A program made the translations under genes and the position numbers. The notes below the pieces were generated by a model. The model was not told the DNA's origin, searched no databases, and saw only the letters and a list, made by a program, of their open reading frames with translations. A stretch of DNA of 64,000 nucleotides from Squalus acanthias. Lineage: Eukaryota. The stretch spans positions 129,954,001 through 130,018,000 of the forward strand of contig CM059432.1 in the NCBI GenBank assembly GCA_030390025.1, in the 5' to 3' direction. Positions 23,115 to 35,686 of the stretch are shown one piece after another. The stretch's first letter is position 1. Each line of letters starts with the position of its first letter.

Positions 23115-25125
23115 AATTGTTAAAGGCAAATCGTGTTTAACTAACTTGATTGAGGTTTTTTGATGAGGTAACAGAGAGGGTTGATGAGGGCAATGCGGTT
23201 GATGTGGTGTACATGGATTTCCAAAAGGCTTTCAACAAAGTGCCACATAATAGGCTTGCCAGCAAAGTTGAAGCCCATGGAATAAAAGGGACAGTGGCAG
23301 CATGGATACAAAATTGGCTAAGTGACAGGAAACAGAGAGTTGTAGTGAACGGTGTTTTTGGACTGGAGGAAGGTACACAGTGGTGTTCCCCAGGGATCAG
23401 TTTTTCTTGATATATATTAATGACTTGGACTTGGGTGTACAGGGCACAATTTCAAAATTTGCAGAAGACACAAAACCTGGAAGTATAGAGAACAGTGAGG
23501 AAGATAGTGATAGACTTCAAGAAGATATAGACAGGCTGATGAAATGGGCGGACACATGGCAGTTGAAATTTAACGCAGAAAAATGTGAAGTGATACATTT
23601 TGGTAGAAAGAATGAGGAGAGGAAATATAAACTGAAGGGTATATTCCTAAAGGGGGGTGCATGAACAGAGACCTAGGGGTATATGTGCACAAATCGTTGA
23701 AGGTGGCAGGGCAGGTTGAGAAGCAATTAATAAAAGCTTATGGGATCCTGGGCTTCATGAATAGAAGTATAGGGGGAAAAATTGGGTTGCTTTGCACCTC
23801 CCGTTAGAGCCCTAAGAGGACGCTAACGGGGCACAAAGCAACTAGCACCCGGGCACGGCGCCGCCCATGCCTCCCGCGAAATTCAGCGGGAGGTTAGCGG
23901 CGGCGCTAACCGGTAGCGCCCCACGACGCTGCGCCGCTAGCGATGACGTCATCGCCGTGCGCAGCGCCCCGCTCGCGCCCCGGCCTGTGATTTTCGGGAG
24001 CGCCTCCTGACTTACCACCGGACGCTATGTCCAATAGGGTCAGGGGGGCCTACCTGCGGCCGGGGAGGCGCTATTTAAAGGCAAGGTGCAGGGCGGCCAT
24101 TTTTGTTGCTGGCCGTCTGCCAGCACCTGCCTGCGCTCCCATCCCCGGCCTCCTGAACGGCCCACCCCGTGGAGTGCTGGCTGTGCTCCAAGAGCCTGGT
24201 ACTTCTCTTGAGTACCGGGCTCTTTTGCCAGCACTCCCGATCCTCAGGGGCTCAGCTGAGCCCCAGGTCGCGCTGCACAAGGCCCCTCCCCTTTAAGAAG
24301 GGGAGGAAGGTCTGCAATACTGCGGCGCAATGTGCTGCAGCGCGTGGCGCTGCGATATTGACTCGCAGCACCCCAAGAGGGATGCAGGGCACTTCCGGTA
24401 GCGCCCCGCTTCCCTCTTGGAATGCAACCACTCAATTTCTGGCGAGGGAGTGCTAATTTTTCCGGGGCACTAAAAGTAGCGCCCCGGCAAAGTTAGCACC
24501 CCGGATGGGGCGCTGCTCAATTTTTAGCCCATAGAGTATAAAAGCGTGGAAATTATGTTGAACCTTTATAAAACACTGGTTCGGCCTCAACTGGAGTATT
24601 GTGTTCAATTCTGAGCACCGCAGTTTAAGGAGGATGTGAAGGCCTTAGAGAGGTTGCAGAAAAGATTTACGAGAATGATTCCAGGGATGAGGGACTTCAA
24701 TTACATGGATAGACTGGAGAAGCTGGGGTTGTTCTCCTTAGAGCAGTGAAGATTGAGAGGAGATTTGATAAAGGTGTTCAAAATCATGAGAGGTGTAGAC
24801 AGAGTAGATAGAGAGAAACTGTTCCCATTGGCAGAGGGGTCGAGAACCAGAAGACACAGATTTAAGGTGATTGGCAAAAGAACCAAAGGCGACATAAGAA
24901 AAAACTTTTTTACACAGCAAGTGGTTATGATCTGGAATACAATGCCTGAAAGGGTGGTGGAAGCAGATTCAATCGTGGCTTTCAAAAGGGAATTAGGTAA
25001 ATACCTGAAGGAAAAAATTTGCAGGGCTACGGGTAAAGTGGGACTAGCTGAGGTGCTCTTGCAGAGAGACGGCACGGGCTCAACGGGCCGAATAGTCTTC
25101 TTCCATGCTGTAACCATTCTATGAT
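23115..25125 (+). mobile_element. 5'-truncated CR1 LINE copy 4
   Basis: VYMDFQKAFNKV, KFAED, KCEVIHFG, NFFTQQVV..WN and a TTCTATG tail. Flanked by TGCACAG repeats. Confidence 0.9.
23772..24530 (+). mobile_element. Harbinger-type MITE family B (E1/E2-type ends)
   Basis: TIR GGGGGAAAAATTG/CAATTTTTAGCCC. TSD ATA; removing the element restores the CR1. First ~130 bp resemble the E1 left end. Confidence 0.9.
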
Positions 25126-26098
25126 TGCACAGTGTTCAGTTCCAGTCGCAACTCCTCAGATAATGAAGCAGTCCGTGCCTGCATGCAGCAAGACCTGGAC
25201 AACATTCAGGCTCGGGCTGATAAAATGGCAAGTAACATTTGCAGCACAAAAGTGTCAGGCAATGACTATCTCCAACAAGCGAGTGTCTAACCACCACCCC
25301 TTGACATTCAACGGCATTACCAGCGTCGAAACCCCCACCATCAACATCCTGGGGGTCACCATTGACCAGAAACTCAACTGGACCAGCCACATAAATACTG
25401 TGGCAACAAGAACAGGTCAGAGGCTGGGTATTCTGCGGCGAGTGTATCACCTCCTGACTCCCCGAAGTCTTTCCACCATCTACAAGGCACAAGTCAGGAG
25501 TGTGATGGAATACTCTCCACTTGCCTGGAAAGGCACAGCTCCAATAACACTCAAGAAGCTCGACACCATCCAGGACAAAGCAGCCCGCTTGATCGGCACC
25601 CCATCCACCACCTTAAACATTCACTCCCTCCACCACCGGCGTACCGTGGCTGCAGTGTGTACCATCTACAAGATGCACTGCAGCAACTCGCCAAGGCTTC
25701 TACGACAGCACCTCCCAAACCTCTACCACCTAGAAGGACAAGGGCAGCAGGCGCATGGGAACACCATCACCTCCAAGTTCTCCTACAAGTCACACACCAT
25801 CGTGACTAGGAAATATATCGCTGTTCCTTCATCGTCGCTGGGTCAAAATCCTGGAACTCCCTCCTAACAGAACTATGGGAGTATCTTCACCACACGGACT
25901 GCAGCGGTTCAAGAAGACGGCTCACCATCACCTTCTCAAAGGCAACTAGGGATGGGCAATAAATGCTGACCTTGCCAGCGACACCCATATCCCAGGAACG
26001 AATAAAAAAAAATTCTGCAAATTTCAGGGACATTATTCTATTCAGCTTTAGTGCAATTTTCCTTCATGAGAGCAGCTATCCTGGTGAATGCAGACCAT

Positions 26099-26928
26099 GG
26101 GCAGAATTTTCATTGACCCGTGGAGGCGGGTTTGGAGGCATGTGGGGGGTTAAAGTTGCAGGTTCGGGGGTCCTGAACCCATCCCGCCCCCAACCCGCCT
26201 CCATGCCAGTTTCGCTGACCTGTGCTGGGACCTGCCTCCCCGAGGCGGGAAGGGGATTAGTGACAATTAACTGCCTGTTAACAGGTAGTTAACAGGCAGT
26301 TTGTTGCCTAATCCCTATTTTTAGCCCTGAAATGTGGGCTACCCAATGGCTCCAAAGCATGCCGTTTTAGCGAGGTGGACCGTGGGTCTGCAGGGGTTGG
26401 GGGGGTTGATATGTCCGGTGGGCAGGTGAGTGATGGGTGCATGTGTGCAGAGTTAAGTGTGTAAGGTAAGTGTAAAGTGTGGAAAAAAGTTTTACTTACC
26501 TTAACTTCCTCCTGCAGGTGTCAGCCCTTCAGGCCTCGGGAGTCAGAAATCTCACCGGCACAGAAAGCAGAATGGCCGCGGAGCTGTCAAAAGCTGCAGT
26601 CTCTGCTTTCTGTGCTGGATTGATTTCTAACTGAGTCTAAGTACAGGGACTCACGTTAGAAATCATATTGTCAGTGTTTGACAGCTTCACAGAGCTGTCA
26701 AACGTTGAAATTTCATCTGTCAAAAGCTCTTGACAGATGAAATTTCGATGGCTGACGTCACCTGTATCCAAGGGACCCTTGATTGGCCTGCTAAGCCCGC
26801 TGGGCGGGCTTAACAAGGTCAATCAAGGGAAAATGCAGTGGGTTGGCCACAAGTCGATGGAGGCGGGACTACAACCCAAAAAGTGGGAGTCCCGCCTCCA
26901 TCACGTCCCCATTGACAAAATCCAGCCC
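26099..26928 (-). mobile_element. MITE family A, copy 3
   Basis: GGGCAGAATTTT/AAAATCCAGCCC, TSD CAT, reverse-complement homolog of 6149-6993. Confidence 0.9.
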
Positions 26929-27048
26929 CATGTGTCCTTCATGTGAATGGCCCTTATGTTGAAGAATCAACAATAAAATGCTATCACCACAAGATTAAAA
27001 TGAGAAGTCGCACAACACCAGGTTATAGTCCAACAGTTTTATTTGAAA

Positions 27049-27085
27049 TCATGAGCTTTCGGAGCGCTGCTCCTTCGTCAGGTAA
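27049..27085 (-). ncRNA. Minimal type I hammerhead ribozyme motif (mismatch in stem I)
   Basis: Reverse complement TTAC-CTGACGA-AGGAGC AGC GCTCC-GAAA-GC-TC-ATGA. Confidence 0.65.
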
Positions 27086-28554
27086 AGTGAAGGAATACAA
27101 ATCAGCAAAGCATATACAGACAGAGAACAATGTGTAGCGTACAATGTCAGACGACTACAGTAAATCTTACTGACTGCCCTCCATCACACCTCGGCAGAGA
27201 TACAATCAGGTCAGTCAGGAAGGCATTACATCAAAGACACAGCAAAATACAGCTAAGACAATGAGGTGGGGCCACAGGGGGTCCAACGTGTCAAATGCTG
27301 CAGTCTGTATGGTTAAGCTTTTTACTTTTTTTTTAAAACTGGAAATCACATCTGTGAACAAGCCAACGACGACTCGAGTCTGGATGACTCTACGTCATGT
27401 AGTGTGACATGAAACCGAGATCCCGGTTGAGGCCGTCCTCATGGGTGCGGAACTTGGCTATCAGTTTCTGCTCGATGATTTTGCGTTGTCGTGTGTCTCG
27501 AAGGCCGCCTTGGAGAACGCTTACCCGCAGATCCGAGGCTGAATGTCCTTGACTGCTGAAGTGTTCCCCGAATGGGAGGTAACAATCCTGCCTGGCGATT
27601 GTTGCGCGGTGTCCGTTCATACGTTGTCGCAGTGTCTGCATGGTCTCGCCGATGTACCATGCTGCGGTGTATCCTTTCCTGCAACGTATGAGGTAGACAA
27701 CGTTGGCCGAGTCACATGAGTATGTACCATGTACCTGGTGGGTGGTGTCCTCACGTGTGATGATGGTATCTGTGTTGATGATCTGGCATGTCTTGCAGAG
27801 GTTGCCGTGGCAGGTTTGTGTGGTGTCGTGGTTGCTGTTCTCCTGACAGCTGGGTAATTTGCTGCGAACGATAGTACTTTTGAGGTTAGGTGGCTGCTTG
27901 AAGGAGAGTAGTGGAGGCGTGGGGATGGCCTTAGAGAGGTGTTCGTCGTCATCGATGACATGTTGAAGGCTGCGAAGAACATGGCGTAAGAACGGGATAT
28001 GACGCTCGACTCGTCGATCGACAGTTCCAACGGGCCACAGCGAAAAATCGCACAGACCTCCTCAGAAGGCGAACATGGGACACAACCAACAGAGTACCCT
28101 ACGTCATCCAGTACTTCCCCGGAGCGGAGAAACTACACCATGTTCTTCGCAGCCTTCAACATGTCATCGATGATGACGAACACCTTGCTAAGGCCATCCC
28201 ACGCCTCCACTACTCGCCTTCAAGCAGCCGCCTAACCTCAAAAGTACCATCGTTCGCAGCAAATTACCCAGCTGTCAGGAGAACAGCAACCACGACACCA
28301 CACAACCCTGCCACGGCAACCTCTGCAAGACATGCCAGATCATCAACACAGATACCATCATCACACGTGAGGACACTACCCACCAGGTACATGGTACATA
28401 CTCATGTGACTCGGCCAACGTTGTCTACCTCATACGTTACAGGAAAGGATGCACCGCAGCATGGTACATCGGTGAGACCATGCAGACACTGCGACAACGT
28501 ATGAACGGACACCGCGCAACAATCGCCAGGCAGGATGATTTGTATTCCTTCACT

Positions 28555-28591
28555 TTACCTGACGAAGGAGCAGCGCTCCGAAAGCTCGTGA
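28555..28591 (+). ncRNA. Minimal type I hammerhead ribozyme motif
   Basis: TTAC-CTGACGA-A-GGAGC/GCTCC-GAAA-GC-TC-GTGA: intact core, stem II, palindromic stem III (AGCT), 4-bp stem I. Confidence 0.75.
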
Positions 28592-28816
28592 TTTCAAATA
28601 AAACTGTTGGACTATAACCTGGTGTTGTGCGACTTCTCATTTTTGTCCACCCCAGTCCAACACCGGCATCTCCGCATCATGACCACAAGATTACAAAGTG
28701 ATTGTCAAATAGCTGATTGTGGGAAATAATAGGGTCTATATATACTATATAGAGAGACGAAGAGTTAAACCCTGGTTATCTTTTATTAAAAACAGACAAG
28801 AAAACTTCCTTAATAA

Positions 28817-29370
28817 CAACAGAAAACGCTGGAAAAACTCAGCAGGCGAGTCGGCATCCGTGGAGAGAGAAACAGAGTTAACGTTTCAGGTCGATGACCT
28901 TTCGTCAGAACTGGAAAGAGCCGGAAATCAAATAGATTTAAGGCCAAGATAAAGCTGGGAAAAGGAGGAGGGGATGAAAGAACAAAAGGGGAGATTAAGA
29001 GACATTAAGAGACATTAAGAGATATGCAAGGCAAGAGGTGGTGTTAATGTGACAGGTTAAGGCTGAAAGAAGTGTGAAATCCACTGGCAGAATGAAGGAC
29101 AGCTGCCAGCTTCTAGGAGGGAAAAAAAAGTGGGGGGGGGGGGGCCAAATAAAAGGGTGAATGAAAAATAAAATATAAATGTGATTGGAGCTGAGGTTAT
29201 GATCTAAAATTGTTGAACTCGATATTGAGTCCAGAGGGCTGCAGCGTGCCTAAACGAAAGATGAGGTGCTGTTCCTCGAGCTTACGCTGCGCTTCCGTGG
29301 AACAGTGTAATAGGCCGAGGACGGTGAGGTCAGAGTGGGAGTGAAGCGGTGAATTAAAGTGACAGGCGAT
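28817..29370 (-). mobile_element. 3' fragment of a second Penelope-like family
   Basis: Minus strand reads ACHFNSPLHSHSDLTVLGLL..QRKLEEQHLIFRLGTLQPSGLNIEF, followed by pLTR-like sequence. Confidence 0.85.
28876..28912 (-). ncRNA. Minimal type I hammerhead ribozyme motif
   Basis: Reverse complement AGTT-CTGACGA-A-AGGTC ATC GACCT-GAAA-CG-TT-AACT. Confidence 0.75.
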
Positions 29371-30486
29371 TTTGCTATCGAAGAAAACTTCCTTTCTTAA
29401 TTAGAAGGCACAAAAGCTGCACATTGTATTCACAGTAATATTGTGTAATAATGTGTGTTTGCCAAGTACATTTTTTCCAAGTGGATATGATGTACAATGG
29501 CATACCAATTGTGTTTACTTCCACTTTAGATCTAGAAAAATGTGCAATTAGCAATGGTATTTTGTTCCCTCTTGGTATTCATTAACAGGAGGGTGGGAAC
29601 CATGAGAAGGTCACTGATTATTCCTAACACGTGTTGGTAATGCAGTTAGCTCACAAGTAAGCAGCATATATTACAAATAAAGTGAAAGAAAAAATATCAC
29701 TCAAAGTTGCTGTCAACAATAGATGCAATCAGCCCTCTGGCAAAGAGGGGCTTATGACTAGAATAACAACAGAATAATTTCTTTTCACAGACCTACATTA
29801 GCATGTGTAGAGGTGATGGTTAGCCTGCCCAGATGGTTTTTAAATATAGATGTGTATGATCTAGGGGGTCATGGCCAATCCATTACTCATTTATTACTAC
29901 AGTCATTTGTGACAGAACTTGAAAAGCTGGAGTCATTTCTTCTTCTGGACATTATTACAGTGGATTCAACTTCCTGCTCAAATTATTCAATAATTTATAT
30001 TTGGTTGAAGCATAGTTCAAATTCAACACCAGTCAAAGGAATGTAGCATATGATTAAAGCTGAAGATATGCTTATTTAGAAGTAACTTCACTCACCGGCT
30101 TATATTCAGTTTTGACTAACAGACAAGAGCACCTTTAAATGAGCTATCCTGCAAAGATATAGGGGCTGGTAATGAGATCCTTGGTACCTTTCGCACTGAT
30201 GCGCATCAGGTGCTGAGGCTCTTCATGATGGACCCCGTGGCCTTTTAAGTCTCTGATGCATATAATGCATCGTAAGGCATCACTGGAGTGCCTGTGGTGC
30301 TGAGAGCCTGTCCACCTATTGCGTACTAGACGCTTCACTGGGCTGAATTGCAGGCAAATTAGGGAATAGCCTATTGTGCATTTGGAGCACCTTTAAAGCA
30401 TTCCTGACGCTCAGCACTCATATAAATTAGGCACTGGGTAGCGGGTTACTTAGCTGCCGCGTTTCCTACATTACAACAGTGACTAC

Positions 30487-30690
30487 GGGGACGATTTTGT
30501 CAATGGGGGCGCGTTGGAGGCGGGACTGCTGCTTGTCGGGTTTTAGTCCCGCCTCCATCGACTTAGCAGGCCAATTAAGGGGAAGCCGGTTACAGAGAAC
30601 GTCAGCGTATGACGTTTCATCTGTCAAAAATGTTTCACAGCCCTGTGAAGCTGTCAAACGCTGACATTCTCTGATGTTTGATGAGTTTTT
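30487..30690 (+). mobile_element. Partial MITE family A copy
   Basis: GGGGACGATTTTG terminus, GGAGGCGGG, GGCCAATTAAGGG and a degenerate hairpin 1-2 region. Confidence 0.75.
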
Positions 30691-31045
30691 GTATTCTTTT
30701 TGCCAGAAGATATTTCACCTGGTAATCTGCTCAGCTGCTTTGCTGTTTTGAGTGTTTCTTAAAGGTGGATATCATCTGCTATCTGTGCCAGTTTCTCCGG
30801 GTTTTTTACATTGTGTGGTGGCCATACAACAGCTGTGGGGATCCTCTGAGCATCCATCCCTTTGAATTTGCAGGTTGTGAAGAAGGAGGAGGAGGAGGAT
30901 CAGCTGGGGCATGCCAGACAACTGCACTGGCACCTTATGGATCATTCATCCCGCACTCATGCCAACATCCACGTTTGTGCACCAGACAATCGTATCTGAC
31001 CACATTCAAAGAAAATTGAAATTAGAGACCCAAGGAGGCTCTCAG

Positions 31046-31330
31046 GGGGCAATTTTAACCCTACTTGCTCAGCAGACACCTGGCGGGTGGGCAGTTAAAA
31101 TCGCCCTGGCTCTTACCTGTCCAAAAGCCGCCATGATCGCAACATCTGCAATTTTAACCCGCGCTCCTGAGCAGGCAGCGAGGACACGCACCCGGAGCCA
31201 GCAGGGTCCTTCTTTACACATGCATGTTGCGGCCCGAAGACATCATTGAGACCCGACTGTAAATTTAACTGCACAGCCAATCGATCACTGAGCGAGAGCC
31301 TGAAGGCAGGCTGTAACAGATGGCACTTTC
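31046..31330. mobile_element. Harbinger-type MITE remnant
   Basis: GGGGCAATTTTAAC terminus and internal GTTAAAATCGCCC. Right end not resolved. Confidence 0.45.
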
Positions 31331-31444
31331 ACTTGAGTGTCTATAACGTTGAATGCACAACATGCATCTCATCATGTGGCCCATATCCTACCCAAATAAA
31401 CCGGCACTGCATTGCCCACAACCTTACATCAGGATTTATGAAGA

Positions 31445-33068
31445 CAACAACAACAACAACTTGCATTTATGTAGCGCCTTTAATGTAGGAAAAAACCCCA
31501 AGGCGTTTCACAGGAATGTAATCAGCCAAAAATTGACATCGAGCCAAAGATGGGGATATTAGGATGTGTGACTAAAAGTTTGGTTGAAGAGGTAGGTTTT
31601 TAGGAGCGGCTTAGAGGAGAGAGAGGTAGAGAGGCGGAAAGGTTTACGAAGGGAATTCTGGAGCTTAGAGCCTATAGGGCTGAAGGCATGGCCACCAATT
31701 GTGGTGCGAAGGCAGTGAGGGATGCACAAGAGCCCAGAGTTGGAGGAACGCAGAGTTCTTGGAGAGTTATAGGGCTGGAGGAGGTTATAGAGATGGGGAG
31801 GGGTTTGGACACGAGGATGAGAATTTTAAAATCGAGGCACTGCCGGACCGGGAGCCAATGCAGGTCAGTAAGCACCGGGGTGCTGGGTGAACGGGAGTTG
31901 GTGGGGGTTAGAATACAGGCAGCAGAGTTTTGGATGAACTCAAGTTTATGGAGGGTGGAAGGTGGAAGGTCAGCCAGGAGAGTTGGAATAGTTGAGGCTA
32001 GAGGTAACAAAGACATGGATGAGGGTTTCAGCAGCAGTTCAGATGAGGGAGGGGTGGAGATGGGTGATGTTACCGAGGCGGATGTAGGCGGTCTTTGTGA
32101 CAGAGAGGATATAGGGCCGGAGGCTCAGCTGAGGGTCAAATCGGACATTGAGACTGAGAACAGTCTCATTCAGACTGAGACAATGGGCGGGGGTGGGGGT
32201 GTGGGGTGAATGGAATCGATGTTGAGGGTACAGAGTTTGTGACGGGAGCTGAAGACAATGGCTTCGGTCTTCCCAACGTTTAATTGGAAGAAATTGTGGC
32301 TCATCCAGGACTGGATTTCAGACAAACAGTTTGACAACACAGAGGCAGTGGAGGGGTCAAGTGAGGTGGTGGTGAGGGACTCCAGAGGTAATGGTGCAGG
32401 GGCAAGAAGAGAAGCCATTGCACAAGATTCTCTATGACTGGATAGATAAGAGTGAAACCAGGCAAGGGCAGTCTCACTCAGTTGGACAATGGAAGAAAGG
32501 CATTGGAGGAGGATGGTGTGGTCAACTGTGCCAAAGACTGCAGACAGGCCGAGAAGGATGAGGAGTGATGGTGCACCACAGTCGCAGAGGATGTCATTTG
32601 TGAGTTTGTTTAAGGCCTTTTCAGTGTTGTGACAGAGGCTGAAACCCGATTGGAAAGGTTCAAACAAGGAGTTACGGGAAATATGGCCACAGATTTGGAA
32701 GGCAACAACACGTTCAAGGACTTTGGAGAGGAAAGGGAAGTTGGAGATGGGGTGGTAGTTTGCAAGTCACAGGGGTCAAGTGTGGGTTTTTTGAGGAAGG
32801 GGGTGATGACGACAGATTTGAAGGAGAGGGGGACAGTACCTCAGGAGAGGGAACCGTTTACAATATCAGCTAACATCGGGGCCAGGAAGGGATGTTGGGT
32901 GCTCAGCAGTTTAATGAGAATAGGGTTGAAAGAGTTCAATGCGGGTCTCATGGATAAGATGAGCTTGGAGAGGGCATGAGAAGCGATAGGAGAGAAACAT
33001 GCAAGCTCAGGGTTCCTTGGGGAAGCCTGGCCTGGTGGGCAAAAGAAAGGGAGGAATGTAGCAGAGGC
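31445..33068 (-). mobile_element. L2 LINE 3' part, degenerate
   Basis: FQSGF..HNTEKAL, LSAVFGTVDH, QLNVGKTE, QNSAA..LHWLPV..FKIL and an (ACA)n tail. Confidence 0.88.
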
Positions 33069-34385
33069 AATTTTGCCGGAGGCGGGTTTGATGGGTGCGA
33101 TTCGGTCCCACCGCCATCAGTTGGGAGAGGTAGTTAAGACCCTTAAATAGTCGTTTAGGGTCTCTAAAATGCTGTTTTGACGGGCCTTCGTTATTTTACC
33201 ACATTTTCAGCGTGTTGCACGACCCTCCTAAACCACGCCAGCTAATCCTGGCCGGTTGACAAGTGGGTGGACTCCTCACAGCTGCAGCGCCACCATTAAA
33301 ACGGAGCTTTCATCAGGGAGCAGTTGCAGGTGGCAGAACTTTTGCTCCAAAGGTCTTTCAGCACTTTTAGCAGGCCTACATAAGTCGGAGGTGTTGCAGC
33401 TTCTATCTCTCAACTGTAGGACCTCCTTGGAAGACTCTCTCCCCGCTTGGACTGAGCACTTCCCCAACAGAGGTATCTGCCAGCAGCATGGGAACCATTT
33501 ATTTCCTTTCACCATGGACCTCAGATTCGGATGAGGAGCAGCCACGGCAGCAGCAGAACCAGGCAGCTCAGCAGCAACAGCAGCAGAAGCCCCAACCTCC
33601 TGCTCACCCACCTGATGCTGCACAGGGCAGAAGGCGCCAGCGCATCGAAGCATGTTGTGCAAGGAATACACTCATCCTGGCCAGATTTGCATAGGTTGCC
33701 CATTGTGGCACATGTGCTTGGCTCCTTAACACATGATAGACAATGGACATGACTCTCTGGCCTCCTTTCACTCTGACCACCAACCTGACCACGCAAGTGT
33801 CGCGGAGCCTACAATGTGGAGCTGCCTAAGCCGAAATAACAGATGCCATCACGCCAACAGTCTGCCATCACCTAATTTAATACATTCCCACAGGGATGGC
33901 ATTTCATCAATAAACAGAAACAATCACCCAATCTGCACACAGATCTGGAGGTTATATCCCTTGCCAGCTGGACCCACACAGCCTTGGTTTCTTTGGGAGG
34001 CCTCTTCCTCCCAGATGAGGGGAAGAGCACCTCCCTGCTAGCTCTCACCGCCTCAACCAGCATACCCAGCGCCTCATCCGAGAACCTCGGGGAGGCCCTT
34101 GCCTTGGAGCTGGCCATTCTTCAAGGAGATAACAGTTTGGAGGTGGTGCAGCATCGGCCAAAAACCAGTGGAATGAGCCAAGGCAGCAAGCAGCCCTTAA
34201 ATGAAGCTGGATAAGTGACGTCAGCAGAGGTGAGTTTCAGTCCCAAAACACTAATTGGCCCAGGGTAACCCACACCTCTGAAATCAACTGGCCAATTAGG
34301 GGAAAATCGCAAATTTTTCCCACCTCACAGAAGAGGCGGGTTTGGAACCCACCTCCAACCCGCCTCCAATGGGAAAATCGCCCCC
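33069..34385 (+). mobile_element. Double-deletion derivative of E3 (transposase core and most of Myb missing; left TIR lost)
   Basis: Transposase N-terminus [13 protein letters not shown] fused to the C-terminal LILARFA. Myb stub 33932-34117. Right TIR GGGAAAATCGCCCCC. Confidence 0.9.
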
Positions 34386-35514
34386 CAAGTTTCCGTCTCC
34401 CTGGCGTGTCATTGGCCACAGTCCCCTTCCCCACACAACATATGTAAATACCAGCAGCCCAGCCTCGGCCCATTTCCCTCCCATGCACCCTCTTACTGCC
34501 ACTCCCTAGGACTGCCTGGGGTAACAGCGATAATGACCTCAATGTCAACAAATGGATGGAAAAGGACTAGTAGAGACCTACTCTTCCTCCAACTTGGCTC
34601 CCATGCACTTATCCTTGTAGGCCTTTGTCTTTCCCGAGGACCACAAAGCATGAAGCTCCTTCCTTCTTTGGGATATTCTGCCCCTTTAAGGTCACCTCAC
34701 CACCTCCTCTGTTGCTGCACCATCTCAGTCGCCTCTTCGGCCTTGTCTTGTACATTTTAATCAACTAACGTATTTATAAGTATCTCTTTGTAAGGATAGA
34801 TAGTCCACCAGGAAAACTAAAGATTTCCTCAAGTTAGACAGTTTTATTTAAAGGGGACTGTTATTTGTAATTTATATGTGACCAGCAGGGCAATTCAGAG
34901 TTCCCCAAGTTAAGCTTCTAGTTGAAAATTAGCTAGGAGCCAGGGTAAGTTTTAGAAGTCTGATGAAAGTAGCCTATGATTAATGAGGATGAGTATTTTG
35001 AGACTGGCATCTCACATTTCGGAAAAAGAAACAGAAGAGAAGTATAATTTTCAACCACTTTAACAAAATACTAGTGAAATTGCGGCAGTGCGCAGCATTC
35101 CTAATTGTGAGAAATGAGATTTTGTCATGGCAACAAAACCAGTCAATTACAATACACCTGCAGTAATGTTCTTCTCACACTTCTGAAGCTGTGAACAAGT
35201 CACTTGATCCCTAAAAATGTTGAAAAGTCCATGAATCCAACTGTGAAGTGTGCAGATCTTACTTCAAATATCTCAACAGCAGCATCAACAAATGCTGGTA
35301 AGTGGAGTGATGCAAATAATTTTTGGTAGGTTAAGCCTATCTGCCAGGATGCAAAGAAGGCACAATGTGTAAAAAATAAATTATAGACAGTATCTTTTTT
35401 TTATTCGTTCATGGGATTTGGACATCGCCGGCAAGGCCAGCATTTATTCCCCATCCCTAATTGCCTTTGAGAAGCTGTTGGTGAGCTGCCTTCTTGAAGC
35501 GCTGCAGCTTTGAG

Positions 35515-35686
35515 CAATGTTCGGCCTAATTTTTTTTTTTGGGTGCGCACCGCCTTTAAGGGGCTGCGCGGTCCATTCACAGTTTCGAGCGTGCGTGAAA
35601 TTTAACATTGGAAAAGCCGGGCCCAGGCTGCGCGGGACCAACAGAGAGCTGCGCGGCTGCGCAGCCACGCAGCTTAGTGGGAATGT
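35515..35686. mobile_element. hAT-type MITE (same family as 1959 and 53623)
   Basis: CAATGTTC..CTAA start and TTAGTGGGAATGT end. TSD not clean. Confidence 0.6.

Larger units (their letters stand above)
22027..26010 (+). mobile_element. CR1/L2-group LINE ORF2 3' half (22027-23114 plus 25126-26010), split by a CR1
   Basis: GPDNIP, NYSPISLL, ALDIKAAFD, PQGSVLGP, LGVTIDQKLNW, YKAQVRSVMEY, then a short A tail. Exact clade not determined. Confidence 0.85.
26998..28681. mobile_element. Penelope-like element (GIY-YIG 3' part) in inverted-duplicate arrangement
   Basis: GIY-YIG-type region WYIGETMQTLRQRMNGHR..EQKLIAKFRTHEDGLNRD on minus, repeated in part on plus. 12-bp TSD ACCACAAGATTA at 26986-26997 and 28682-28693. 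Confidence 0.9.

Noticed and set aside
30765..31015. Possible Harbinger transposase C-terminal relic with an acidic tract
   Set aside because: Only vague similarity; catalytic motifs are not visible.
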